Below, in pieces: positions 39,119 to 49,736 of a DNA stretch of 64,000 bases. Under the pieces are notes generated by a model. It saw only the letters and a program-made list of their open reading frames with translations, did no database searches and was not told where the DNA came from. The DNA lies in NCBI GenBank assembly GCA_028534125.1, contig CM052816.1, positions 80,168,001 to 80,232,000 on the forward strand, read 5' to 3'. This DNA comes from Lama glama. Lineage: Eukaryota. The stretch's first letter is position 1; every line of letters begins with the position of its first letter. The position numbers were made by a program, and so were the translations under genes.

Positions 39119-39618
39119 NNNNNNNNNNNNNNNNNNNNNNNNNNNNNNNNNNNNNNNNNNNNNNNNNNNNNNNNNNNNNNNNNNNNNNNNNNNNNNNNNN
39201 NNNNNNNNNNNNNNNNNNNNNNNNNNNNNNNNNNNNNNNNNNNNNNNNNNNNNNNNNNNNNNNNNNNNNNNNNNNNNNNNNNNNNNNNNNNNNNNNNNNN
39301 NNNNNNNNNNNNNNNNNNNNNNNNNNNNNNNNNNNNNNNNNNNNNNNNNNNNNNNNNNNNNNNNNNNNNNNNNNNNNNNNNNNNNNNNNNNNNNNNNNNN
39401 NNNNNNNNNNNNNNNNNNNNNNNNNNNNNNNNNNNNNNNNNNNNNNNNNNNNNNNNNNNNNNNNNNNNNNNNNNNNNNNNNNNNNNNNNNNNNNNNNNNN
39501 NNNNNNNNNNNNNNNNNNNNNNNNNNNNNNNNNNNNNNNNNNNNNNNNNNNNNNNNNNNNNNNNNNNNNNNNNNNNNNNNNNNNNNNNNNNNNNNNNNNN
39601 NNNNNNNNNNNNNNNNNN
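39119..39618. other. Assembly gap (exactly 500 N)
   Basis: A run of N. The round length suggests a scaffolding placeholder of unknown true size. Confidence 0.98.
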
Positions 39619-39845
39619 CCACTCACGGACCTCACATGAAGATGCTGAAGGTCAGCGATGGAGTGACTCAGGAGGGTGTTAGGCCCTGTGCGCCGAGGCG
39701 TGGTCTCGGCAGCGTTTTGGCCGGGCTGTGGCTTCTGGCCTCGCTTCGGTCTTCACACGCCCGCAGCCGGGAGACGCCTGCGCGGCGTCCTCTGCGGATG
39801 AAGGCCAGCTGTTGTTCTCTAGGAGTGCGGGACTTGACTCATGAA
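39619..39845. promoter_or_regulatory. CpG-rich segment abutting the gap, with two AP-1 sites
   Basis: About 19 CpGs in ~210 bp by manual count. TGACTCA occurs at 39664-39670 and 39835-39841. Confidence 0.45.
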
Positions 39846-40103
39846 GTTAAAAGGAAAATTTTTTACGAGCAAGTCTTGACTCTTTTAAACCTGCAGGGCA
39901 GGGTGCTCATTTCAGCAGGAGTTTAGCTGAGCTATAAATTGGAGAAAGAGTTTGTGTCCATCAGACACTTAATCATCTGTGTGAGGGAGTTTGTTCACAC
40001 CAGCTTTACATAGTTCATGAAGACAAATTACGATATTATGATGAGGTAGAAAATTGCTCTGCGAACCCGCCAGCAGGGACACCGTGGAAGAGTCTCTGAC
40101 TTT

Positions 40104-40430
40104 TGTTAAAAAAGATAAGTTGAGGCATATTAAAAAATTTAAGAGTTTATTTGAGCAAAACTTGATTCACACAGGGCAGTGCCAAATGAGAAATTGTTAG
40201 GAGTGCTTTACTGACAGAAGTTACAGAATGACTTTTATAAGAAAAAGGCAGAACAAAGCAAGGAAATTATTGATGGGCTATAGATTGAGGCCTTGTTACC
40301 TATTTGTGATTGGTTGTCCTTTGCATTTTGATTTGTAACCTTGAGGCACTTACAGACTTAGACTTCATTGCTGAAGGAGGCCACCACATTAGAGCCATGT
40401 CAGCCCAATGGCTTCCTTGTTTAATTAACA
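40104..40430 (-). mobile_element. ERV1 solo LTR (MER57/LTR8-group-like)
   Basis: Termini tgttaaa...ttaaca; TSD cttt/ctct; polyA-signal region gagtttatttgagc. Confidence 0.75.
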
Positions 40431-41062
40431 CTCTTAAAGAAAAGGGGGTTTTCTGAAATGTTCATGCCCCGCCACTAAAGTCAGTACTGCCTTCAGTTCT
40501 AATTGGAGGAAACCCTACTGAGTGTTTCCCCCTTGGGCCTACAGTGTATGGCATCTCTCTCCCTCTTCCTGGCCTGAAATCTCTTTCCTACGCAGAGCCT
40601 CTGGCTAGACAGCGAAGGCTGGCTCATGGTTTTAAGAAGTTGCCCATTAATGTCTTTGGGCCCATAATGGGTTGAGGGGTTCCCCTCACTTTAGTCTTGT
40701 TTGTATCCATCAGTCCCTTAGCACAGTGATCTTACAGAAGCCCAAGGCTTTGGACCACCGTCCTGCGAAGATAAGGTACAGGCAGCTTCCAAAGGGGAGA
40801 GAGGTAGCAACCCGACCTTCAGAGGAGAGGGAGGTGGCCCTGGCTGGGAATTCTGAGCAGCCTGAGAATAAACACTTGGGAAGGCGGCCTCTGAGTGATG
40901 GGATGACTCTCACAGGTGTTGGAGTGAACAAGAGAATATCTTGGAGAAGGACACCCTAACAAATCTCCCAAACAAACCCATGGCATGCCCCCATCAGGAC
41001 CTTTTTAGTATAGCTCTCCTAACATCACGCAATGAAAACGCTGCCTGTTTTCCTCAAAGAAA

Positions 41063-41078
41063 CCAACAGAGGGCGCTG
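41063..41078 (+). promoter_or_regulatory. Candidate CTCF motif
   Basis: CCAACAGAGGGCGCTG, one mismatch to CCASCAGAGGGCGC. Confidence 0.5.
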
Positions 41079-42220
41079 TCGCCTAATGAAAACTACATTC
41101 TAGTCCCCCTAAACCTAGTAATTTTCCCACCTGGTCAAGAGTCCGTTCCCACTCCAGTCTATGCAAATTCATCTTTTTGAGCATTCCCAGACTGAGTGTA
41201 TTTTTTCAGCTTCCTGCTCAGCTGTGGTGGAGATGTTTACAACAGGATCGCTGCTGAACATATACTGTGAGGACCAGGTAACAGAACATCCTGGTGGAGC
41301 CTGGAGAAACACGGAGGATGACAGATTGGACAGCGCTATTTGGTTGCACACAGAATGCGCGTCATTGTTGTGTTTAGGAGGCCAGGGATGACAACACTTC
41401 AAGGATGCAGAGGGAGTTTGGTTAGCGGAGAAGCAGGACAGGGAGGATTGTGCACCCTAAGAAAACGAAGTGGGTTGACACACACATGTGCCATGGACAC
41501 ATTCGACTAGGAGACACACACGAATTTTTCGACTGGTCAAAACGAGCAGGGATTTTGCTTCACCACCGTTTCACCAGGACCTGCCTGTAAGTTCAATGTG
41601 TCACTGATATTTAACTGATACACTCAATATCAAAATTTGTTGAGAAGTTCGATCCACTGGCTGTTTATGAGGCACTAAGTTATGTTCAGCTGTTTTAAGT
41701 GATTTTTTAAAAAACTCAGCTAACTGAACTGGCTTTGTTTGAAGATCACATAAGTATGGGGATAAATTCAATAAACACATTAACCCAACACTGCCCTTTC
41801 CCCCTCAGCTCTCCTGAAACCCTCCTGTTCTCCTTGACTTTCTTCCTCGTGGGTTCCCTTGGAGACGGGTTACCTTGAGCCTGGCTGCAGCTGAGACTGA
41901 AGTCAGCCCAGTGTTTCCCCCAGAGTCGGGTGGCCCAGGTCCCCAGGGGAACTCACTCTGCTCCTCCTGCTTCTCATCTCCAGGGCAAGCCCCAGCGAGG
42001 CGGCAAGAGTTCTTCTTCCTTCCTCCACTAGGAGCCCATCACTTCTTTTTGTTGCACTGCTCAGAACTTCAGAAGTGACCATGGGCTTGTCACTTAGCCC
42101 ACGTGGACCAGTTTCCTCATCAGGGACCTGAGACTCACCTCCAGCAACTCTGTGCTCCCTTTTGTCTCCAGCTTTCTCTGCTTTTCAGACCCACACACCC
42201 TGGGGCAAGTCAGGAGATAG

Positions 42221-42628
42221 TGTTACTGAGTCCAAACTTGTACTGCTCACTGCACAACGAGCCAAAGAGATGAGAGATGAGCTGTTGGGGCAAGGAATGG
42301 CGACTTTATTTGGAAAGCCAGCAGACCGCGAAATGGTGGACTAGTGTCCCAAAGAATCATCTCCAAGTTAGCATTCAGGCTTCTTAAAGGGGAAGGGGTG
42401 AAGTCCTGGTTCCAGCCAGACTCTGGAGATTTGTTAATTTCTTCCTTCCTGCAGCCATTCACGAGTGAGCCTTGTCAGGATGCTTCCTGTGAGCTAAACA
42501 AAAGTATTTTAGCTTAATGCTCATACCCTGGGAGCCAGGGTTCCCAGCGATGGGCCATTATTTAACGTTATAGGCAACATTTCTTTGGCGATGAACTTGT
42601 AGTAGAATACAGTTTCTTCTCTGTTACA
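42221..42628 (-). mobile_element. ERV1 solo LTR (cetartiodactyl, MER41-group-like)
   Basis: Termini tgttactgagtccaa...tgttaca; TSD atag/gtag. gactttatt reads AATAAA on the minus strand. Confidence 0.8.
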
Positions 42629-42653
42629 GTAGCAGCCACACCTGAGTGTGGGG

Positions 42654-42792
42654 CAGTGGTACCCAAAGCCTGGCCTTGACCTGCAGCAGCTGCACCTGGG
42701 GACTTGATAGGCATTTGGAATCTGAAGCTCTGGGGCCGGGGCCCTTGGGATGTGACAGAGCAGCCCCCAGGGTTCTGATGCCCAAGCCACTA
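42654..42792. mobile_element. MER5A-like hAT MITE
   Basis: Motif cagtggtacccaaag...gcacctggggacttg...gaatctgaagctctgggg...ggttctgatg...ccacta. Confidence 0.65.
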
Positions 42793-44092
42793 TCGGGTTT
42801 GTGCTGTGGGAAGGGAGGGGGCAAGAGACACAGAAGAGACTGGAGCTTGGGCACCAGAGGCTGGAGGAGTGGAGTCAGGGAGGGGCTGGGGGGTGGGATA
42901 CAGAAAGCACAAAATTCCAGGTGAGAGAAGAGGCAGTGCCAGCGGTGAGGGTGCCAGGGCAGCTGGCAGCTCAGGGCACGGGCTCTCGTCAGACAGCTTA
43001 CATCCGGGCTTCGCCACCTGCTGCTGTTCACGACCTGGGCAAGAAGTTTAAATTCTCTGTGCTCCCATCTTGTCTCTAAAAATCTAACGGAGCCAGTAGT
43101 GGTCTGGGGTGGGCACTGCCCATGGGCCCCTAAGCCTCGCCCTAGTCCCTTTAGGATACTCCCCCCTGTCATCTTTGCTCTTTCTGGATGTTAAAATCTG
43201 ATCTCCCTGTCCAAGTGCCCTGTCCTCACCCCCTAACATGACAGCAGCCCCCAAACAATGACTGCTATGGTTTTGTCAAAACCCCAGCTCTCTTGCCCCT
43301 TTGTTCCTAAAACTGCTGTGTGTTCTGCACGGATGCCAGTTTCCCATCAGGAATGGGCTCCCTTTACCCTGTGGGCTCCCTTTACACTGTTTATCAGCAT
43401 TTCACGTTCCAACTCTCCTGGGCTTGCTTCCAAAGGTCGCCTTCCAAACAAACAACATGCCCTTGAGGCTTCATCTCCAGAGCTCCTTTTGGGAAACCAT
43501 GCTGATCCAAGAACTTGCCCTCTAGGGTTGATGTGAGGATCAATGGAGTCAATGCTGAGAGCTGTGCTTGGCACACAGTAGGTGCTGCGTAAATGATCAC
43601 TGTCGTTATCACGAACTGAGCACTGACTCTCGAATCAGGATACCTGCCTCTCATCCTGCTTTCCAGCCTGCCAGCAAGGGGAGCCTGAGGAAGCTGGTTA
43701 CCCTCCGTGAGTGTCAGTTTCTGCCCTTGTAGGGCTACTCTGAGAATGAAATAGAAGAAATCTGCAGGCACTTTGCAAACGGTGAAGGGTTACACCGAAG
43801 TGAAAGGTAAAAACCAAAGGCTGAGGAAATCGTGCCCAGCTAAACTCCATTTATCCTGGAGCCAGGAACCAGGACTGCCTAGGACCAGAGGGAACCCTCC
43901 TGAAGGCAGCGCCCACCCACCTGGGAGGGTGGGACATGGACGGGGATGCCTCAGCCTTGCTCTTTGACACAGCAGTTTTGGGCACTGCTGAAAATCAGGC
44001 TGTTTTGTCCATCCAGTGCTGAGCGCTTGGGGCAGAGTATCTTAGGATTCAAAAGGATTGTATTTTGAGGTATTTTAAATGGGTGTGTTAAA

Positions 44093-44191
44093 CGGTTGGG
44101 CATATAGCTCAGTGGTAGAGGGCATGTTTGGCATGCACAAGGTCCTGGGTTCAACTCCCAGTGCCTCCACTAGGGGGAAAAGCAAGGACTA
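44093..44191 (+). mobile_element. Vic-1-like SINE
   Basis: tatagctcagtggtagagggcatgtttggcatgcacaaggtcctgggttcaactcccagtgcctcca. TSD aaatgggtgtgtta (44077-44090) / aaatgggtgtatta (44192-44205). Confidence 0.88.
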
Positions 44192-44351
44192 AAATGGGTG
44201 TATTAGAAATAGGAGTAATGCCAGATAGGGATGTAAATACACTGCCACCATTCAAATATATATCTTTTACGAACTAAATCCTCATAACATGAAAAGTGCA
44301 ATGCAGCATACTTATGCCATTAGCATCATAATTAAACTATTTGTAAATGGC

Positions 44352-45450
44352 TTTTTATTGAAGTACAGTTGATTTACAATGTTGTGTTAGTTTCTGGTGT
44401 AGAGCATAGTCATTCAGTTATACATGTATATTCTTTTTCATATTCTTTTTTATTATAGGTTATTACAAGCTGGTAAATAGTTCCCTGTGCTATACAGTAG
44501 GACCTTGTTCTTTATCTGTTGTGTATATAGTAGTTTGTATCTGCTAATCTCAAACTCCTAATTTCTTCCCCCAACCCTTTCCCCTTTGGTAACCATAAGT
44601 TTGTTTTCTATGTCTATGAGTCTGTTTCTGTTTTGTGAATAAGTTAATTTGTGTCCTTTCTTTAGATTCCACATAGAAGTGATATCAAATGATTTTGTCT
44701 CTGTCTGTCTGACTTACTTCACTTTGTATGATAATCTCTAGGTCCATCCATGTTGCTGCAAGTGGCATGATTTCATTCTTTTTTATGGCTGAGTAGTATT
44801 CCATTTTGCATATATATCACAAATTCTTAATCCAGTCATCTATCAATGGACATTTAGGTTGCTTCCATATTTTGGCTGTTGTAAATAGTGCTGCTATGAA
44901 CATTGGGGTACATATATTTTTTCCAATTAGAATTTTCTCCGGATATATGCTAAATCATATGGTAAGTCTGTTTTATTTTTTTAAGGAATCTCTATGCTGT
45001 TTTTCATAGTATCTAAACCAAATTACATTCCCACCAACTGTAAGGAGGATTCCCTTTTCTCTATACCCTCTCCAGTATTTATCGTTTGTGGAGTTTTTAA
45101 CGATGGCCATTCTGACTGGTGTGAGGTGATACCTCATTGTAGTTTTGATCTGCATTTCTCTGATAATTAGTGATATTGAATATCTGTTCATGTGCCTATT
45201 GGCCATTTGTATGTCTTCACTGGAGAAATGTCTGTTTAGGTCTTCTGCCTTTTTTTTTTTTTTTTTTGATTGGGTTGCTTGTTTTTTTGTTACTGAGTTG
45301 TATGAGCTGTCTGTATATTCTGAAAGTTAAGCCCTTGTCAGTTGCATCATTTGCAAATATTTTGTCTCATTCCATAGGTTGTCTTTTCATTCTGTTTATG
45401 GTTTCTTTTGCTGTGCAAAAGCTTGTACGTTTAATTAGGTCTCATTTGTT
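44352..45450 (-). mobile_element. 5'-truncated L1 (ORF2 C-terminus plus 3' UTR)
   Basis: The minus-strand ORF 44973-45206 ([35 protein letters not shown]) matches the L1 ORF2p C-terminal domain but is frameshifted. The 3' UTR runs to 44352. Confidence 0.95.
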
Positions 45451-47104
45451 CATGAATTAGTCTGAATTCATAGTGCAGGGCTAGGGCAAGACTCAGAAAT
45501 CTTCTCACCTGAACCCTGTGTGTTTTGTCGAAGAAGGCACAACCTCAACAGGCAAGATGTCAGAGCTCTGAGTTTTCAGCCCTTTGTCCCCCATCTGAGC
45601 AGGGCAGGCTGTTTTGAAAGTGGAAGTGTCGGAAGGACCTTCTGGGGACCGTGTGGCGTGTGGTTTGCAGGGGGGAGACAGAGACACGAGATTTGTTTGG
45701 AGATAACAGCCGTCTGGACTGAGGCCCTGAAGAGCTGAAATAAACCCTTAAAAATGGTGATGAACAAGGTCAAAGGGGCTCACAGAGATATTTTGAAGGG
45801 GCAATCTCCTGGTTTTGGTTTTCCACATGTGAAATAACAGAAACACAAACAGAATTAACAGAGCTCCCCTCCCATTTTTAAGTGAACACAGAGAATTCGT
45901 CTACAGCGTCCAGAAACTTCCAGTAACTTCCAGTAACTGGTGACTTCTGTCAGGGTCCTGTCTCCCTCTCCTGAGGAGAAGAAAGACTTCCAGTCGGGCA
46001 GGCAGCTTGCCAGTGACTATTCCTCCAGCAATGCACATTTGTATTTTTTCCCCTGATGCATGTTTTTCCTCAAAATGTCCAGGCAAAAGCCAGTGGGAGA
46101 CAGTGTGTCCCAGGCAGCCGGCGTTGCTGACAGAAGTCATTCTGGATGGTGGGAGGACTGAGATGTCGCAGCTGCAAGGCTGCCGTTGTCCTTGTATTGC
46201 CCGCGAAGGGGTGATTTGTCTGGAAAAGGACGGGAGAGTGGACATCAGCTCTTGAAGTGGAGCATTCCCGTAGGGGCGGAGGTGGGGTCCTGGTGAGGGG
46301 ACGGTCTCCTGGGAGGCTGGCCAGGTCCCCTCCTCTCAGACACAGCGCTCTGCTCCCCACTGGGAAGGGCCAGGCGGCTTAACCCCCATCTCAGCCAGCT
46401 TCTCTACCTCAAGAGCCTCAGCGTCGCCAACTGAAAAGTGATAACAACGTGGCAGGAAGCGGCTCAGCCAGGCTGCTGTTCGAGGTGCGGCAGCCTTTCC
46501 GGGGGGACAGGCAGGTGCTGGGAGGAGAGACACAAGCGTCCGAGCGGAGAGGAGACAGCCTCCCAGTGAGGGCCCCGGGCGCTTGGCTTTGGGGGTTTCT
46601 GAGAACGGGGGAGGCCTGCGCCCAGTTACCACACAGCTCGCTAGGACAAGTGTGAGGTTTCTGAAGAGGCTGAGGGTGGAAACAGGAGGGGAAAGCTAAG
46701 AGCGGTGGCCTTGGAGGCTGAGGCCCAGCATGCCTGCTTCTATGCTTGGCTCAGAGGACATGAAGCCCCCTGACTCTCCTGACGTCCAACGGGCTGCCGC
46801 TCCGTGCGACCCGGAAGGAACCACATCCAGGCTTCCTGCTTTCCAAATGTAATAAGCTCTTCGGATTCTTGTCTGACCCTAGGAAGGGGGGGGGGAGATC
46901 CCCCAAACACGACTGGGGTTGCATTGCCCACCGCCTTTAAATAAACAACAACACACAGGCCCAGGTTTGTGGGCTCGGGAGCTTGGGGGACTTGGAGAGC
47001 AGTCTTTAAGGAAAAGAATACAAGGCCACGAACACACAGGTGCAGAAGTGATTATTCATTCTGAACAAGGAATTGCAACTAATCACGAAATTTAAACAAC
47101 AAGC

Positions 47105-47547
47105 TGTATTTAGATTCCTGTGGCTGCCATCATAGGACCACGCAGTTAGTGGCTTAAAATAACAGAAATGTCGTCTCTCACAGTTCTGGAGGTCAGAAGT
47201 TTGAAACCAAGCCGTCAGCCAGGCCGCACTCCCTCCAGGGCCTATAGGGGAGAATCCTTTCCTGGCATGTTCCAGCTTCTGGGAGCCTTGGCTTCCTTGG
47301 CTTGTGGCCACATCACTCCAATCTCTGCCTCTGTGGTCACATGGCCTCCTTCTCTCCTGTTTGTCTCCTCTGTGTGTCTCTCATAAGGACACTTGTTATT
47401 GGATTTCGAGTTCACTTGGATAATCCAGAATAAGCTCATCTCAAAATTCTTAATTATATCCACAAAGACTCTTCTCTTCCTAATACAGGAAAGTTCATGA
47501 ATTCCAGGGACATGTCTTTTTGGAGGCCACCAGGCAACCCACTACTA
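47105..47547 (-). mobile_element. MaLR solo LTR (MLT1D-like)
   Basis: Motif tgtattagattcctgtggctgcc...ccacatcactccaatctctgcctctgtggtcacatggcc...caacccactac. Confidence 0.88.
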
Positions 47548-48505
47548 CCAGACAAATACCCTAAACATCACAAATCGTGAGAAGATAACGGTACATTTTT
47601 TATTAAATAACTCTCTGACACACTTCCGAATAACTTCTTCCTACAATTTTGGGCTGTATACCCTTTGCCTGCCTCTCTAAGTGACAATAAATTTATGATT
47701 TCGTTTTCTGTAAAGACAATAGGAAGAAGGTCTGTGTTTAGTCCATCAGGATTTATTTTAAATGTGCATGTTATGACCGGTAGTTAGGGGACAGAGAACA
47801 TGCGACTCCATACATTTGCTGCTTCTAGCGCTGTTTTAGGTCTGTGCCCACAAACTCAGGAATTCTGATAAATTCTATTTCATGTGATTCCTATCAAAAC
47901 AGGAAAAGAAAAAGTAAGATGCTGTTACTTGATTCCTAGAGCTGATATAACAAAGTGCTACAAACTGGGTGGCTGAAAACAACAGAAATGTATTCTCTCC
48001 CAGGCCTGGAGGCTCTAAGTCCAACGTCAAGGTGTGGGCAGGGCCAGGCTTCATCGGGGACTCTGGGGAGACCCCTTCCTCACCTCTCTGTAGCTCCGGT
48101 GTTGCCATCAATCCATGGCAGTTCTTGGCCTTCCCTGGTTAGCAGCTGATGGTTCCCATCTCGTCCTCCATCATCGCATGGCATCTCCAGGGTGTCCAAA
48201 TTTCCCTCTTTGTAAAAGGCCATCGATCATTGGGTTAGGGCCTACCCTACTCCAACAAGAGTAAGTATATAAATACGACTTCATTTTAACTGATATTTTA
48301 ATTATATCTCTGATGAAATAGGGTTTATATTTTAGGGAAGACAAAAACAATTTAAACATAATATTTTTGTCTGCCGGCTTGGGCCTCCCCCCTCCCCTCT
48401 AGTGTGCACTGTTCACCTGCAATATGCATTAACCAGGCCTCCCCAAGGGTAGAAATACCTGCTCAACCATAAAGATTAGTTTTTCTTCTTTTGGTGCCAG
48501 CCATG

Positions 48506-48984
48506 TGTAAACAAAAAGTACTGCAAGCCATATCAGTAAACAAAGAATGCTGAAGTCATCAAGTCATCAGCGGCTCCCGACACACCCCAGTGTAGACAAG
48601 ATTGCAGCCCAGCCTCTGCAGCCACTCACAGTGGTGCACCCTGAGGGGACTCAGAATAAGAAAGGATGGGATACTGGCTCTAGATAGCTAGGTGCTTGTC
48701 AAAGGAATGATTTCAATGAGCCCCAATGTTTGCTCCCTCCCATAAACAGAAAAGCGCTAAATTCTTTAACTTCAGATACCTGGTTTTCTTCAGTTAACAA
48801 GCAATCTTTCATTGTTCCGACTACCTGGTCTTTGTTGTAAAGCACCTGTATATCCTAGCTCCTCCCCTGCCTCTTTGGAGCAGTCCCTCAGAGCGATTTG
48901 AGAGGCTGTCATCCCGGCTCGAGTCCTCCCGCCAAATGAAACGTAACTCTCGACTTTTAGGCTGCGTGTTTATTTCGGTTGATG
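48506..48984 (+). mobile_element. ERV1 solo LTR 'B' nested in LTR A
   Basis: Runs tgtaaac...ggttgatg and has its own TATA-like and R/U5-like blocks. Similar to 33758-34273. The TSD is not clean. Confidence 0.7.
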
Positions 48985-49147
48985 CCACAATATTCGTTCT
49001 TCTCAAATAGCAGTAACCTTCTACCAAGATGTGTGCTTGGCTGCGTGGACTGCTTCACCAAAATCACATATATAGTGCCCTCCCCTGGACTCTTTGGGAC
49101 GGTCCTCAGAGCTTTCTGAAAGACTGTCTCCTGGATTATAATCCTCA

Positions 49148-49736
49148 TGTTGCCGAAAGCTCGGCACCCCGTCCCTGACAAGCCGGGTAATTCAGAGACC
49201 GCGTCTTGGAGCTGAAAAGAAAAGAGGCAGCTTTATCACTTTGCCAGGCAAAGGGGACTCACAGCAGGCTGGTGCCTTCAAAACCGTGAGCCCGCCTTGA
49301 GGATGGGGCACGGTGGTTACATAGCCAGAGCTCAAACAACAAAGCATCGATAACAATCAACAGAATCATTTTCTCATCAGAAGATTTAGAGTGGTGTCAT
49401 GATGCCTCCAGGCGGCCAAATCTATAGTGGCCAGCGGTTAGATCTCTTTATCCCGTAAGCACTCAAGGCATGGTCTTCTTGGTAATTCAGGCTATTTTGT
49501 AAGGTTACAGTCCTGTGATCTTCTCCTTGGAGAACTACTCAGAGACCAAGCATGAGTATTACTTTCAATTCCTGGAATAAAGTAGAAACAGTAAGATCAA
49601 TAGCTTTAGTTTTAACGATGGGCCTGGGGCTGTAAGTAGCAACCAGTCCGTCAGGTTTGTTGACCGTTCTAAGGGCAAGCATAAGAATTAAGCAATCTGT
49701 TAGCCTAAATGTGACCATTTTATTATTCCTCCTTCA
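49148..49736 (-). mobile_element. ERV1 solo LTR 'C' nested in LTR A
   Basis: Termini tgttgccgaa...tccttca; perfect TSD CTCA (49144-49147 / 49737-49740). Confidence 0.85.

Noticed and set aside
39074..39639. Three long ORFs of 177-182 aa
   Set aside because: Artefacts of translating the N gap.
43353..43390. 18-bp tandem duplication (tgggctccctttac...), and a 10-bp one near 45915-45938
   Set aside because: Two-copy slippage duplications with no spacers. They are not arrays and suggest no function.
44167..44180. CTCF-like CCACTAGGGGGAAA in the SINE tail, and GCGCCAGATGGCGT at ~36732
   Set aside because: Each misses a key consensus position and is too weak to call.
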